Assembly: GCA_965223985.1 (NCBI GenBank)
Contig: OZ245030.1
Coordinates: 3,151,720-3,215,719, forward strand
Origin: Candidatus Poribacteria bacterium
GTDB taxonomy: Bacteria > Poribacteria > WGA-4E > PCPOR2b
Direction: 5' to 3'
Length of the DNA: 64,000 nt
This document shows positions 31,461 to 41,900 of this stretch, piece by piece. Below the pieces are notes generated by a model, which ran no database searches, was not told the origin of the DNA, and worked only from the letters and a program-made list of their open reading frames with translations. Position 1 is the first letter of the stretch. Every line of letters starts with the position of its first letter. The translations under genes were made by a program, and so were the position numbers.

Positions 31461-31931
31461 TCATATATGTTGTATAGGGATACCGATTTTTGCGACAGTT
31501 GCGCCGGTGGCGACCATTGGGTATCCGGGGAAGCATCGGTTCATTTTCATCTGATCGACGGGGCTACAGGCTTGTTTCGCGTGGAATGCGTGGAAGTTGA
31601 CAATCGGGACCGCGATGATTCGACCGTTTAGTGAATCCGGGGAAATTTGGCGCAGCAATTCGTGGACAACGGCGATACCGTTGAGTTCGTCGCCGTCGCT
31701 TATTGATTGTAGGTATAGCGTACGTTTTCCACAGGTTCCGTTGATTAGCACGACGGGCAAACGCACGGGCGTCCCGTCGGGCATGGATCCGACGGTAATG
31801 TAGTCCTCAACCCGTTTTCCGGGTTTTGCGACGAGTGATCCAACGGTGAGGCTGTTGTTATTTATCCACATTTTATCCACATTTATTTGTACGTTAGGGT
31901 TTGTGTCACGGTATGGTTGTATTTGTGGCAT
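31461..31931 (-). pseudogene. Truncated succinylglutamate desuccinylase/aspartoacylase (AstE/AspA) family gene (N-terminal ~155 aa only)
   Basis: Contains the family motifs (...VVLINGTCGKRTLYL..., ...NRCFPG...), but the ORF stops after about half the normal length, exactly where the REP cluster at 31340-31460 begins. Confidence 0.45.
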
Positions 31932-32094
31932 TTTAAACGTCCGGGAAACGGACCGGTGAATGCCAACGCTAAGGACGATTGGAACAAGAAAAGCCGAATG
32001 CGCTATTCGGAAATTGGAGCGGAGTATTGTGTTTGGTTATGTGTTTGGTTGCCGGAGGTTTCAAAAGCGTTGGGTTTCGCTATCTCCAGCGAGT

Positions 32095-32300
32095 GTCGCA
32101 CGCAGTAAACCTACAAAGCGATTCGTTATAATGCACATGTTTCGGCATACCCGCTCTACCCAACCTACAAAGACTACAAAGACTACAAAGACTATCGCAG
32201 TCGCTATTCGCTCCTTTGATCCCTACCCAACCTACAAAGACTATCGCACTCACTATTCGTTCGCTTGATCGCTCAGTTGATCTACCCAACCTACGAAAGC
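32095..32300. repeat. REP-like cluster with a tacaaagac microsatellite
   Basis: ctacccaacctacaaagactacaaagactacaaagactatcgcagtcgctattcgctcctttgatccctacccaacctacaaagactatcgcactcactattcgttcgcttgatcgctcagttgatctacccaacctacg. Confidence 0.6.
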
Positions 32301-32974
32301 TACGAAATACGGGCGACCACGACCGCGACGGGTCCTTGTTGCCAGACGCATTCGGCGTCGAACCCTGCGGCGCGGGCGGCTTCGAGTTCCTCCTCAAGCG
32401 GGAAATACGTGTCTTCCTCCGCCCATTGCGTGAAATATTCCCGTGCACGCGGTTCATCAATTCCACGCGCGACCATATGATCAATCCAGTTTCGCCACGT
32501 TGCCTCGCGTTCAGGGGGCGCCGCTGGCATCGTTGCGTCCGCATTGACGAAGGCGCCGCCAGATCGGAGCGCGTCGTAAATCCGCCGGTAGAGTGCGCGT
32601 TTCGCATCCATTGTCGGTACATGGTGAAGCGCTAATGACGCCGCGACAGCTTTGCACGGCGGCAGCGGCATGTTGAACGACGATTCGGTGAAGCGAACCC
32701 GTCCGTCAAACCGCTCGAGCCGCGTTCGTGCTTGTACTAGCATCTCGGGGTCGATGTCGATGAGTTCCACAGTTCCAGAACCGTCCGCCGAGAGAATCGC
32801 CTCGGAGAGCGCGCCGGTACCCCCGCCGAGGTCGAGGGTCAAGCCCGGCGTTGTGCGGGCAATTTCGCGCGCAGCGACAGCTAGCATCGTCTCGTAGCCC
32901 GGAATGAAGCGGCGAATCGTTTCGTCGTAAGTGCGGATTTCAATGCCGAGGTGACGGTGTACGGAGTGGTTCAT
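32300..32974 (-). CDS. Class I SAM-dependent methyltransferase
   Basis: Motif I LDLGGGTGALSEAIL and downstream acidic motifs. The ATG at 32974 (MNHSVHRHLG...) was chosen because the ORF track's longer ORF reads through from the upstream RAYT remnant. Confidence 0.65.
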   Translation of the reverse strand: MNHSVHRHLGIEIRTYDETIRRFIPGYETMLAVAAREIARTTPGLTLDLGGGTGALSEAILSADGSGTVELIDIDPEMLVQARTRLERFDGRVRFTESSFNMPLPPCKAVAASLALHHVPTMDAKRALYRRIYDALRSGGAFVNADATMPAAPPEREATWRNWIDHMVARGIDEPRAREYFTQWAEEDTYFPLEEELEAARAAGFDAECVWQQGPVAVVVARIS

Positions 32975-33300
32975 GATTATTCGTTGCCGATTTCGGTGGA
33001 AGCTGGAGTGTTCCCAGAATCTGCGTTGCCAGAATGCGCGCTCCTGTTTGGTTTTGCGTGATGTTGCAGCGGCACGTTCAAATGTGGTTTGGCAATTACG
33101 GGTGAAGTAGCTTTTGATTTGCCGCCATCGGGTTGAGAAGTCGTGGTCGTCGTCGGGCAGTAGGACGAAGGCATCGACCTCCATTTTGGACGGCGTTCCA
33201 TCGTGGAGCGGAGTGCTTGGCGTAGGAGTTTCACGTTTTCCGGTTGGCAGAGAAAAGGTTTGCGGTCATGGGTCACGACGGTGAAGAAGTAGGTTGCGCC
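32975..33300 (-). pseudogene. Decayed REP-associated tyrosine transposase (RAYT) copy
   Basis: Near-identical at DNA level to the intact RAYT at 34857-35399, but with a frameshift after ...LRQALRSTMER and a 30-bp deletion that removes the HLHTIWTLPD (HxH) motif. Its reading frame runs directly into the methyltransferase ORF. Confidence 0.7.
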
Positions 33301-33334
33301 ATTGATTTTTGGCGCGGCGGTAGTGCATGGAGGT

Positions 33335-33400
33335 CGCACCATATATATACTGTATGTTTTTCGTTTGTTAGGTTGGGTTAAGATCAACCCAACCTACAAA
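33335..33400. repeat. REP-like elements
   Basis: ttaggttgggttaagatcaacccaacctacaaaacttc. Confidence 0.5.
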
Positions 33401-33404
33401 ACTT

Positions 33405-33686
33405 CTATCTCCGTTTGTTCGATCTCGTGATGGTTACAACGACTGCCGTATCCTTCCGGCGTTCGGCTTCCTGACAACTGATGAACCTACCTGTTTTTGC
33501 ATCGCGCCCGACCTTAATGGTAGTTTCACCATGTTTCCGCCCCGCCTCGCCACCACCGTGCTTGCGAAAAACGACCTTTTCTACAGCCTGTTGAACTTGT
33601 CTTTTTGTGAGCTTCCCACGTTTGGGCGGGTACTTAACGATTCTTTCTCTAGCCACTCTAATCACCTCCCTAGGACCGTGTTTCAA
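33405..33686 (-). CDS. Hypothetical small basic protein (93 aa), second gene of a REP-flanked two-gene cassette
   Basis: Starts 1 nt after the stop of the 208-aa ORF on the same strand. Lys/Arg/Gly-rich (KHGGGEAGRKHGETTIKVGRDAKTGRFIS); no confident family assignment. Confidence 0.5.
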   Translation of the reverse strand: MKHGPREVIRVARERIVKYPPKRGKLTKRQVQQAVEKVVFRKHGGGEAGRKHGETTIKVGRDAKTGRFISCQEAERRKDTAVVVTITRSNKRR

Positions 33687-34313
33687 TCAGCGGCTCGCAT
33701 AAGTCGTCAACCATTCCGCTAGCAAGCAAGTATAATCAAATAAAATCAGCTCTTCAACCGTTAATTGATTCACCTCAGCCAGCTGAGGCAAATCCCTCCT
33801 AAATTCTTGGTAACGTTCCCAAATGATGCTTCCACTTGGAATTTTCTTACGTCTTGATGCGGTGCTCAGCCAATTTCGTACAACTGTTACAACTTCTTCG
33901 GGATTGTTGTTATGAGCCTGAATATCTTGCCCTGCAATATCCGAAATAAATTGTTGATACCGATACCGTTCTTTATCCAGTATGAGACAATTTTTCCTTT
34001 TTTGTTCCTTCAGACCAAATTTCTTTGCGCCAATAAAAACCCCCAATTCCAAAGGCATATTGAATCGAGGAAAACGTGAAGTCTCGTCTAATTCCGTTCG
34101 CGATATATCGTGAATCCCATAACGACAAGCTGCAACAATGTTATAGATTTTATCAATCCGAACTTGGCTGGCGTCTTCTTCTTCGAGGGCACAACGGGCA
34201 ATAAATCCGCAATCGTGTACAGCAAAAACCATTGCATCAAACAAAGGTTTATAGGGCACATCAATGGGACAATTTAGAAAAACATTGTGATTATAGCTTT
34301 TGGGTGAACTCAT
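33687..34313 (-). CDS. Hypothetical protein (208 aa) with a Rossmann-like (possibly TIR/SLOG-like) N-terminal region, first gene of the REP-flanked cassette
   Basis: N-terminal pattern NVFLNCPIDVPYKPLFDAMVFAVHDCGFIARCALEEE...GIHDISRTELDE...MPLELGVFIGA resembles alpha/beta nucleotide-processing folds; the assignment is weak. Confidence 0.55.
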   Translation of the reverse strand: MSSPKSYNHNVFLNCPIDVPYKPLFDAMVFAVHDCGFIARCALEEEDASQVRIDKIYNIVAACRYGIHDISRTELDETSRFPRFNMPLELGVFIGAKKFGLKEQKRKNCLILDKERYRYQQFISDIAGQDIQAHNNNPEEVVTVVRNWLSTASRRKKIPSGSIIWERYQEFRRDLPQLAEVNQLTVEELILFDYTCLLAEWLTTYASR

Positions 34314-34339
34314 GATTTGCTATGTCTGTGTGTTTAAAC

Positions 34340-34800
34340 CCATCTTGCTCCCCCCTTTTTTAAGGCGGGACTGAGGGGGTAGTAGCGTGTGTCGCGATTC
34401 GGAGCAAGTTTTTGTAGGTTGGGTAGAGTCAACGGCGAAACCCAACGTTTTTGAAACGTCCGTTCAGCCGACCGGTTAACGGCAACACGAGAACGATGGG
34501 AACGACAAAAAGGAACAAAAGGCAATGACACTATACGGGATTTGTATGATTGTGTGGAAACGCGACGCGTTTTGGTGTTCGGGAGGTTTCAAAAACGTTG
34601 GGTTTCGCTCTGTCGAACAATTCTCGCACACAATTAACGAACAGACCGATTCGTTATAATGCACATGTTTCGGCATACCCACTCTACACCAACCTACAAG
34701 AACTACAAAGACTATCGCCTTCGCTATTCGCTCCTTTGATCCTAACCCAACCTACAAGAACTGTTTGTTTGATGCCTTCAGCGCAATACGATAAGCATTA
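34340..34800. repeat. Hairpin repeat plus MITE-like and REP-like elements
   Basis: gggactgagggggt hairpin relative; then cgaaacccaacgtttttgaaacgtccg...ccgggaggtttcaaaaacgttgggtttcgct inverted termini and ctacaccaacctacaagaactacaaagactatcgccttcgctattcgctcctttgatc. Confidence 0.6.
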
Positions 34801-34856
34801 TGCGCGGAATATTATGCCATATTTTAAGGACATATACCAACGAAAACCACAAAGAG

Positions 34857-35399
34857 TTATTCTTTGCCGATGTCGGGGTTGATGGGGATTCCTGCGCCTG
34901 TGCTCCAGTTCGCGTCGTATACGCCGGCTTGGACGTAGCGGTGGAAGCTGGAGTGTTCCCAATCCTTTGGGGCGGTAACTAAGCCGTGCTTGACGGGATT
35001 ATAGTGGATGTATTCAACGTGGTTGATATAGTCTTGAGTGTCTTTGACCGTGTGTTCCCAGAATCTGCGTTGCCAGAATGCGCGCTCGTTTTTGGTTTTG
35101 CGCGATGTTGAAGTAGCACGTTCAAATGTGGTTTGGCAGTGACGGGTGAAGTAGCTTTTGATTTGCCGCCATCGGGTTGAGAAGTCGTGGTCGTCGTCGG
35201 GCAGCGTCCAGATGGTGTGGAGGTGGTCGGGTAGCAGGACGAAGGCATCAATCTCGATCGGATGGCGTTCCATCGTGGAGCGGAGCGCTTGGCGTAGGAG
35301 TTTTACGTTTTCCGGTTGGCAGAGAAAAGGTTTGCGGTCATGGGTCACGACCGTGAAGAAGTAGGTTGCGCCATTGATTTTTGCACGGCGGTAGTTCAT
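34857..35399 (-). mobile_element. Intact REP-associated tyrosine transposase (RAYT; IS200/TnpA_REP-like), 180 aa
   Basis: MNYRRAKINGATYFFTVVTHDRKPFL..., the HxH motif LLPDHLHTIW and catalytic Tyr region YINHVEYIHYNPVKHGL. The gene is surrounded by REP sequences. Confidence 0.85.
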
Positions 35400-38260
35400 G
35401 GAGGTCGCACCATTGTATTATTATGTATATTAAGATGTGGGTTTTGTGGTATTCGGAGCATTATGCCATATTATTGGGACATATATCAACGAAAACCAAG
35501 AACAACGGAAGCCAACGATCAGCTGAGCGATCAAGCGAACGAATAGGGAGCGATCAAGGGAGCGAATAGCGACCGCGATAGTCTTCTCCGTTCAGCCGAC
35601 CGGTGAATATCGACACGAGAACGATCGGAACGCGAAAAAGGAACGGGGTTGTTCGGAGTTTGGGGCGGTGTATTGCGTTTGGTATTCATTTGGTGTTCCG
35701 GAGGTTTTAAAAACGTTGGGTTTCGCTCTGTCGAACAATTCTCGCACACAATTAACGAACAGACCGATTCGTTATAATGCACATGTTTCGGCATACCCGC
35801 TTTACACCAACCTACAAAGACTACAAGAACTACCCAACCTACAGAAGCTCTACCCAACCTACGGGTTGCACGGAGGATTTGTTTTTGTAGGTTGGGTAGA
35901 GCGGGTATGGCGAAACACACGCAGTTTATTGCGAGCGATTTATGTGTTGAGGTTGTTTGGTAAATGTTAAGGTGTAGCGAAACCCAACGTTTTTGAGACG
36001 TCCGGACATCAGACCGGTTAACGGCAATACCAAAGCAATCGGAACAAGAAAAAGCAAAGGGGTTGTTCGGAGTTTGGGACGGTGTATTGTGTTTGGTATT
36101 CATTTGGTGTTCCGGAGGTTTTAAAAACGTTGGGTTTCGCTCTGTCGACCAATTCTCGCACACAATTAACGAACAGACCGATTCGTTATAATGCACATGT
36201 TTCGGCATACCCACTCTACACCAACCTACAAAGACTACAAGAACTACCCAACCTACAGAAGCTCTACCCAACCTACGGGTTGCACGGAGGATTTGTTTTT
36301 GTAGGTTGGGTAGAGCGGGTATGGCGAAACACACGCAGTTTATTGCGAGCGATTTATGTGTTGAGGTTGTTTGTGGTAAATGTTAAGGTGTAGCGAAACC
36401 CAACGTTTTTGAGACGTCCGGACATCAGACCGGTTAACGGCAATACCAGAGCGATTGAAACAAGAAAAAGCAAGGGGTTGTTCGGAGTTTGGGACGGTGT
36501 ATTGTGTTTGGTATTCATTTGGTGTTCCGGAGGTTTTAAAAACGTTGGGTTTCGCTCTGTCGAACAATTCTCGCACACAATTAACGAACAGACCGATTCG
36601 TTATAATGCACATGTTTCGGCATACCCGCTCTACCCAACCTACAAAGACTAAGGGGTTGTTCGGAGTTTGGGGCGGTGTATTGCGTTTGGTAATTATTTG
36701 GGTTGCCGGAGGTTTCAAAAACGTTGGGTTTCGCTCTGTCGAACAATTCTCGCACACAATTAACGAACAGACCGATTCGTTATAATGCACATGTTTCGGC
36801 ATACCCACTCTACACCAACCTACAAAGACTACAAGAACTACCCAACCTACAGAAGCTCTACCCAACCTACGGGTTGCACGGAGGATTTGTTTTTGTAGGT
36901 TGGGTAGAGCGGGTATGGCGAAACACACGCAGTTTATTGCGAGCGATTTATGTGTTGAGGTTGTTTGGTAAATGTTAAGGTGTAGCGAAACCCAACGTTT
37001 TTGAGACGTCCGGACATCAGACCGGTTGACGGCAACACCAGAGCGATTGAAACAAGAAAAAGCGTAAGGCGTGGTTCGGAGTTTGGGGCGGTGTATTGTG
37101 TTTGGTAATTATTTGGGTTGCCGGAGGTTTCAAAAACGTTGGGTTTCGCTCTGTCGAACAATTCTCGCACACAATTAACGAACAGACCGATTCGTTATAA
37201 TGCACATGTTTCGGCATACCCACTCTACACCAACCTACAAAGACTACAAGAACTACCCAACCTACGGGTTGCACGGAGGATTTGTTTTTGTAGGTTGGGT
37301 AGAGCGGGTATGGCGAAACACACGCAGTTTATTGCGAGCGATTTATGTGTTGAGGTTGTTTGGTAAATGTTAAGGTGTAGCGAAACCCAACGTTTTTGAG
37401 ACGTCCGGACTCAGACCGGTTGACGGCAACACCAGAGCGATTGAAACAAGAAAAAGCGTAAGGCGTGGTTCGGAGTTTGGGGCGGTGTATTGTGTTTGGT
37501 AATTATTTGGGTTGCCGGAGGTTTCAAAAACGTTGGGTTTCGCTCTGTCGAACAATTCTCGCACACAATTAACGAACAGACCGATTCGTTATAATGCACA
37601 TGTTTCGGCATACCCGCTTTACCCAACCTACAAAGACTATCGCCCTCCCTATTCGGTCGGTTGATCTACCCAACCTACAAAGACTATACGGGATTTGTAT
37701 GATTGCGTGGAAACGCGACGCGTTTTGGTGTTCCGGAGGTTTCAAAAACGTTGGGTTTCGCTCTGTCGAACAATTCTCGCACACAATTAACGAACAGACC
37801 GATTCGTTATAATGCAGATGTTTCGGCATACCCGCTCTACACCAACCTACGGGTTGCACGGAGGATTTGTTTTTGTAGGTTGGGTAGAGCGGGTATGGCG
37901 AAACACACGCAGTTTATTGCGAGCGATTTATGTGTTGAGGTTGTTTGGTAAATGTTAAGGTGTAGCGAAACCCAACGTTTTTGAGACGTCCGGACATCAG
38001 ACCGGTTAACGGCAACACCAGAGCGATTGAAACAAGAAAAAGCTAAGGCGTGGTTCGGAGTTTGGGGCGGTGTATTGTGTTTGGTAATTATTTGGGTTGC
38101 CGGAGGTTTCAAAAACGTTGGGTTTCGCTCTGTCGAACAATTCTCACACACAATTAACGAACAGACCGATTCGTTATAATGCACATGTTTCGGCATACCC
38201 GCTCTACACCAACCTACAAGAACTCAACCCAACCTACAAAGGCAACGAAAATTACAGTTT
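35400..38260. repeat. Higher-order tandem array (at least 5 copies, ~420-580 bp period) of a composite unit: a MITE-like element with ~30-bp inverted termini plus a REP hairpin pair
   Basis: Unit termini are AGCGAAACCCAACGTTTTTGAgACgTCCGGA ... TCCGGAGGTTTtAAAAACGTTGGGTTTCGCT. A perfect REP palindrome ctctacccaacctac-N23-gtaggttgggtagag and a 33-nt REP (TGTTTCGGCATACCCGCTCTACCCAACCTACAA) occur in both orientations. The unit repeats at roughly 35640, 36065, 36470, 36660, 37075, 37490, 37700 and 38040. All ORFs here are repeat translations. Confidence 0.75.
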
Positions 38261-38510
38261 TTACAGTCTATAAAAAAAGGGGTGAATTACGAAACAAGAA
38301 TAATACGTTTTATATGAATTGGGGGAGGATGTCAAGGCGGGGGGATTTTATGATTTTTTTATGAAACCGGATTCGGGGGATTGCGTATTTTTGGGTACGA
38401 TGTCAGGTTTAGGATCTCGTTGTCGATTTCGGCAACTGGGTCATGCAGAGAAACCAAGTTTCTGACAAAAACTCGGTTTCCGGTATTCCGTGAAACCTGC
38501 GAAATAAGCA

Positions 38511-38546
38511 TTGACAGATGTTAAAATCTGTTGTACTATACAGCAG
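38511..38546 (+). promoter_or_regulatory. Near-consensus sigma-70 promoter P1 upstream of giant gene 1
   Basis: TTGACA, 17 nt, TACTAT (ttgacagatgttaaaatctgttgtactat). Confidence 0.5.
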
Positions 38547-38601
38547 GTTTCCGCGATGGATGCCGGGGACGAAAACCGCGAAACATGTCGGAAGAAAAGT
38601 C

Positions 38602-38636
38602 TTGACAAATTGCGGAATCTGTTATATTATGGTATT
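38602..38636 (+). promoter_or_regulatory. Near-consensus sigma-70 promoter P2 upstream of giant gene 1
   Basis: TTGACA, 17 nt, TATTAT (ttgacaaattgcggaatctgttatattat); leaves a ~350-nt leader before the ATG at 38990. Confidence 0.5.
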
Positions 38637-38817
38637 GTGTTGCGGCAGGATTGCGCGGCGAATATGTCTCGCGTTCGGTCTGCCGGCACGACTTACGGCT
38701 TCATTCTAGACAGCTATTCTCTAAGGGGATCAACAAATGAAACCCTCCAGAGACACGTTTTGAGTGAGGACAACATTTCAGTCAGTGTGTGGAGGGTGTT
38801 TCAACCCTCTCGAGTGA

Positions 38818-38860
38818 GTCCCGGAACCCGATGTGAGCGGTTTCGGGGTTTTGTTGATTC
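38818..38860 (+). promoter_or_regulatory. Leader hairpin with a motif shared with the giant gene 2 leader, followed by a U-run (possible attenuator)
   Basis: cccggaacccgatgtgagcggtttcgggg then ttttgttg; the motif CCG(A/G)AACCCG(C)ATGTGAGC(C/G)G also occurs at 46416-46436. Confidence 0.35.
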
Positions 38861-38989
38861 TGTTATGATTTAGGAAAGGAACAACTACCAATTATGGATA
38901 GTTCAACTAAGGCTTGCGAATCTGGCAAGCGAAACAAAATCAAATTCAATCCTTCAACATACAAACATGCAAGGAGGAAACATACAGTC

Positions 38990-41900
38990 ATGTTGAGTAG
39001 AATTTCGAAAATGAGTGTTTTCGGTATCGTTGCGCTCATGCTCGTTCTCGGGCTGGCGTCGGACGATGCGCAGGGACGGGATCCGGCAGCTGGAACATAC
39101 GTGGTAACAATGCAAACAGAACCATCTGTGCTGCGCGCAGCAGACACAGCTACGGTGACGTTTACCCTCACTGTCGACCTTCGGGAAAACAAGTCTACTC
39201 AAGACCCAATCCCGGAGGATCAGGCTAACGCTGATACGGCGGAGCGTACGGTCACCATTAACATTCCGGGAGGGTCGACAGGGTGGTCGCCCAACCCGGT
39301 TGCGTTATCCGGAGAGACTGCGGTGGACCCGGGCGAGGTGAGTTTCGCTAAAACTACTGTTATCACCGACAACACTCTCGCGTGGATTTCCGGGTCTAAC
39401 GCACGGAAGCTGAATATCAAAATTGTCGCAGGAATTGACGGTAATGGTGTATATACCATCGTATACGCAGCGGCGACTGTGCCTAACCGCAAAGGCGATA
39501 GCTACAGATTTTTAATTGACAACGCAGACACCAAAGACATTCCGTATAGCGTTGATTACGCGACGAGCGGATCGGGAACGGTCACGATGAGTCCGTACAG
39601 CCCGTTGGACGCGATTGTTGGCGGCGATGCTGATGATAAAAACGCTTGGAACGGCAAATATGTTTTCAATAGCAAGACGGCGTTAAGACCGTTGAAGTTT
39701 ACTTACAAAGCGGCGGGTTCTATGCCAAAGGATTCAACCGTTTCAATAGTTATGACGGGTGGATTCAGCCTTCATGGAAAGAGCAGTTCCGTAATTTCCG
39801 TGAGCGGTTCCGGTTCTCCAGAACTTTCTACTCCCGTAGATACCGTTGTAGTAGATGAAAGTACTACGGTAGTCGCTACAGTGAAGGCAGAGGGCGGGCT
39901 GGGAGCCGGCCAGTCGATAGCCATAACCATTAGGGAGCTTGTGATGCCGGAGGTCGTAGCGGCAGCCGATGCCCCGGATACGGATAATACCATTACAGTG
40001 ACTTCTACGTCGGGTACTACGAACTTTCAAGACGATGCCCGCCCGGTTGCTATTGACAATGCTGCTGGAGATGTCGACAAAGGTTTATTCGAGTTCTACA
40101 CGACTGCAGCGCCCGGGACCGGTGAAATGACGATTAATTCTGGCGGCGACCCGATTCAAAACATGCGCGTCGTGGAAGGCACTGACCTCGGGACATTGGT
40201 ATTTGGAATTACGGGCACGGACGGTATGGGACCGGACGCCAAATTTCAGATTAAGGTTCCGGGCGCCCCTTGGCCCGAGCCTATTAAGGCGTCCGGCACG
40301 ATTGGCGTTGTTGCCGATTCGGAAGCCGCCGGACACACGGCGAATGCGGAGATTGGCACTGGCGGTGCGGCTCGCACACTCAGCGGAAGCCTTACAACTA
40401 ATACACTTCAATCTGGTACAAATAATCCCGAGGCTAATGCAAATTTGAACGATACTGATAACGGCGGGATTACGTACCGAGCCGGCGCGATATCGGTACA
40501 CGGCAAGCATGAGTTCATGCTTTTGACCAGTTCCGGTCCGCACGGCGCCACATTGAAAGAGAGGACCGGCGGGGACGGGGCTGACGCGTACCCCCGGTAC
40601 ATTGAAGTCACCGCGAAGCACGAAAGCGGTACGTTCGTCGTTAGAGAGGGCGGATCGCCGTTAGTGCAGTCAAAACCCGCGAACGAGCACACGCTCCAGT
40701 TAGTCTTTAAAGCCACTGGCTACATGCCGGCAGGGATGGTTGTGTTTAGGTTCCCGGATAGATGGAAAAGTCCTCGCCGTGACGTCGCTCCGCCGTTTGA
40801 AGTGGGAGAGGTGAGGTTTAGCAATAACGCGACGTTTATTGTCAACACCGACGGGACCATCACTGCGACGGGGGACTGGCGAGATGAGGAAATTGTAGTT
40901 ACCTACAGAGGCATGGTTCCGGGCGAGGCGGGTACCCCGCCCGAGTCACACACTTTTACCGTGGATGCATCATCGTTCGGAGGTGATGCTAGCTTCCCGG
41001 CCCCGGCGGCCCGACCGGCTGCTTATTCCCATACGATTGGTCCCAATCTCGCGGCGGATGGCAGCGGCACACTCGCGATTGAGCCGAAGAATGCGAATGC
41101 CGGCGAGACGATTAATTTGAATATAACTTACACAGCCGCGGGCACGATGGAAGATGGATCAGTTGTTGAGGTTACCATCCCCGAAGGCTGGCCTGATCTT
41201 GATGCGCCTGGCACATCAGTCGAGATCGGCGCAGAGGGCATCGTGGCAACCTTGAATGAGTCGAAGAGGACGCTGACCGCTACAACTGTTGATGATATGG
41301 TCACTGATTCCAAACTCGTGTTCAACGTCACGGGCGTTACAGCGCCGGCTGTCGGCAGAGGTTACCAGTTCACCGCGCAATCAAAATCGCACGGAGAACT
41401 AAAGAGCCTTTCGTCAAGGCAAATCTCCGGTGCAGTCATCAATATCAGCAACGTGGCTGCTGGTTCCGCCCTGCTTACGCTAGTGAGGGAAGACGGAACG
41501 ATGGCGGAATCTGCCGAACCCCTGGATTCGTTTGAAACGGCCAAAATCACTTTTACGGTTGGCTTGGCGATGCAACCCGGGGCGGAGGTTAGGGTCACGG
41601 TTCCGGATGGCTGGACGAATGAACCTTTCCAGGACAACGGCATGCCGCGTACGAGCGGTGAGGTTACGCTTGAAGGGAAGGCGGATCTTAGCGTCGAGGG
41701 AAGCGTGCTGATCGCCAAGGCGAACGCTCAGATTAACCCTGGCGAAACAGTGACGTTCACCTACCATAAGCCGACCGCGCCTGAAGGCGAAACAACATCG
41801 TCTTTCGATACACAGGCGTCAATTGTTGAAGGCGGGGGTTTACTGGCGGTTGCAAATCAGCAAACAACTGTGGTCGTTAGAAGCAAGGTCACCGCGTTGA

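Noticed and set aside
32300-33184. 294-aa ORF appearing to be a RAYT-methyltransferase fusion protein
   Set aside because: The RAYT-derived part carries a frameshift and a 30-bp deletion relative to the intact copy, so it is a pseudogene remnant that happens to be in frame with the methyltransferase. The methyltransferase probably starts at the ATG at 32974.
35531-38196. Multiple 60-267-aa ORFs in the track (e.g. 35531-36334, 36354-36755, 36581-36928, 37837-38196)
   Set aside because: They lie entirely within the tandem MITE/REP array, recur with the repeat period on both strands, and are translations of repeats, not genes.
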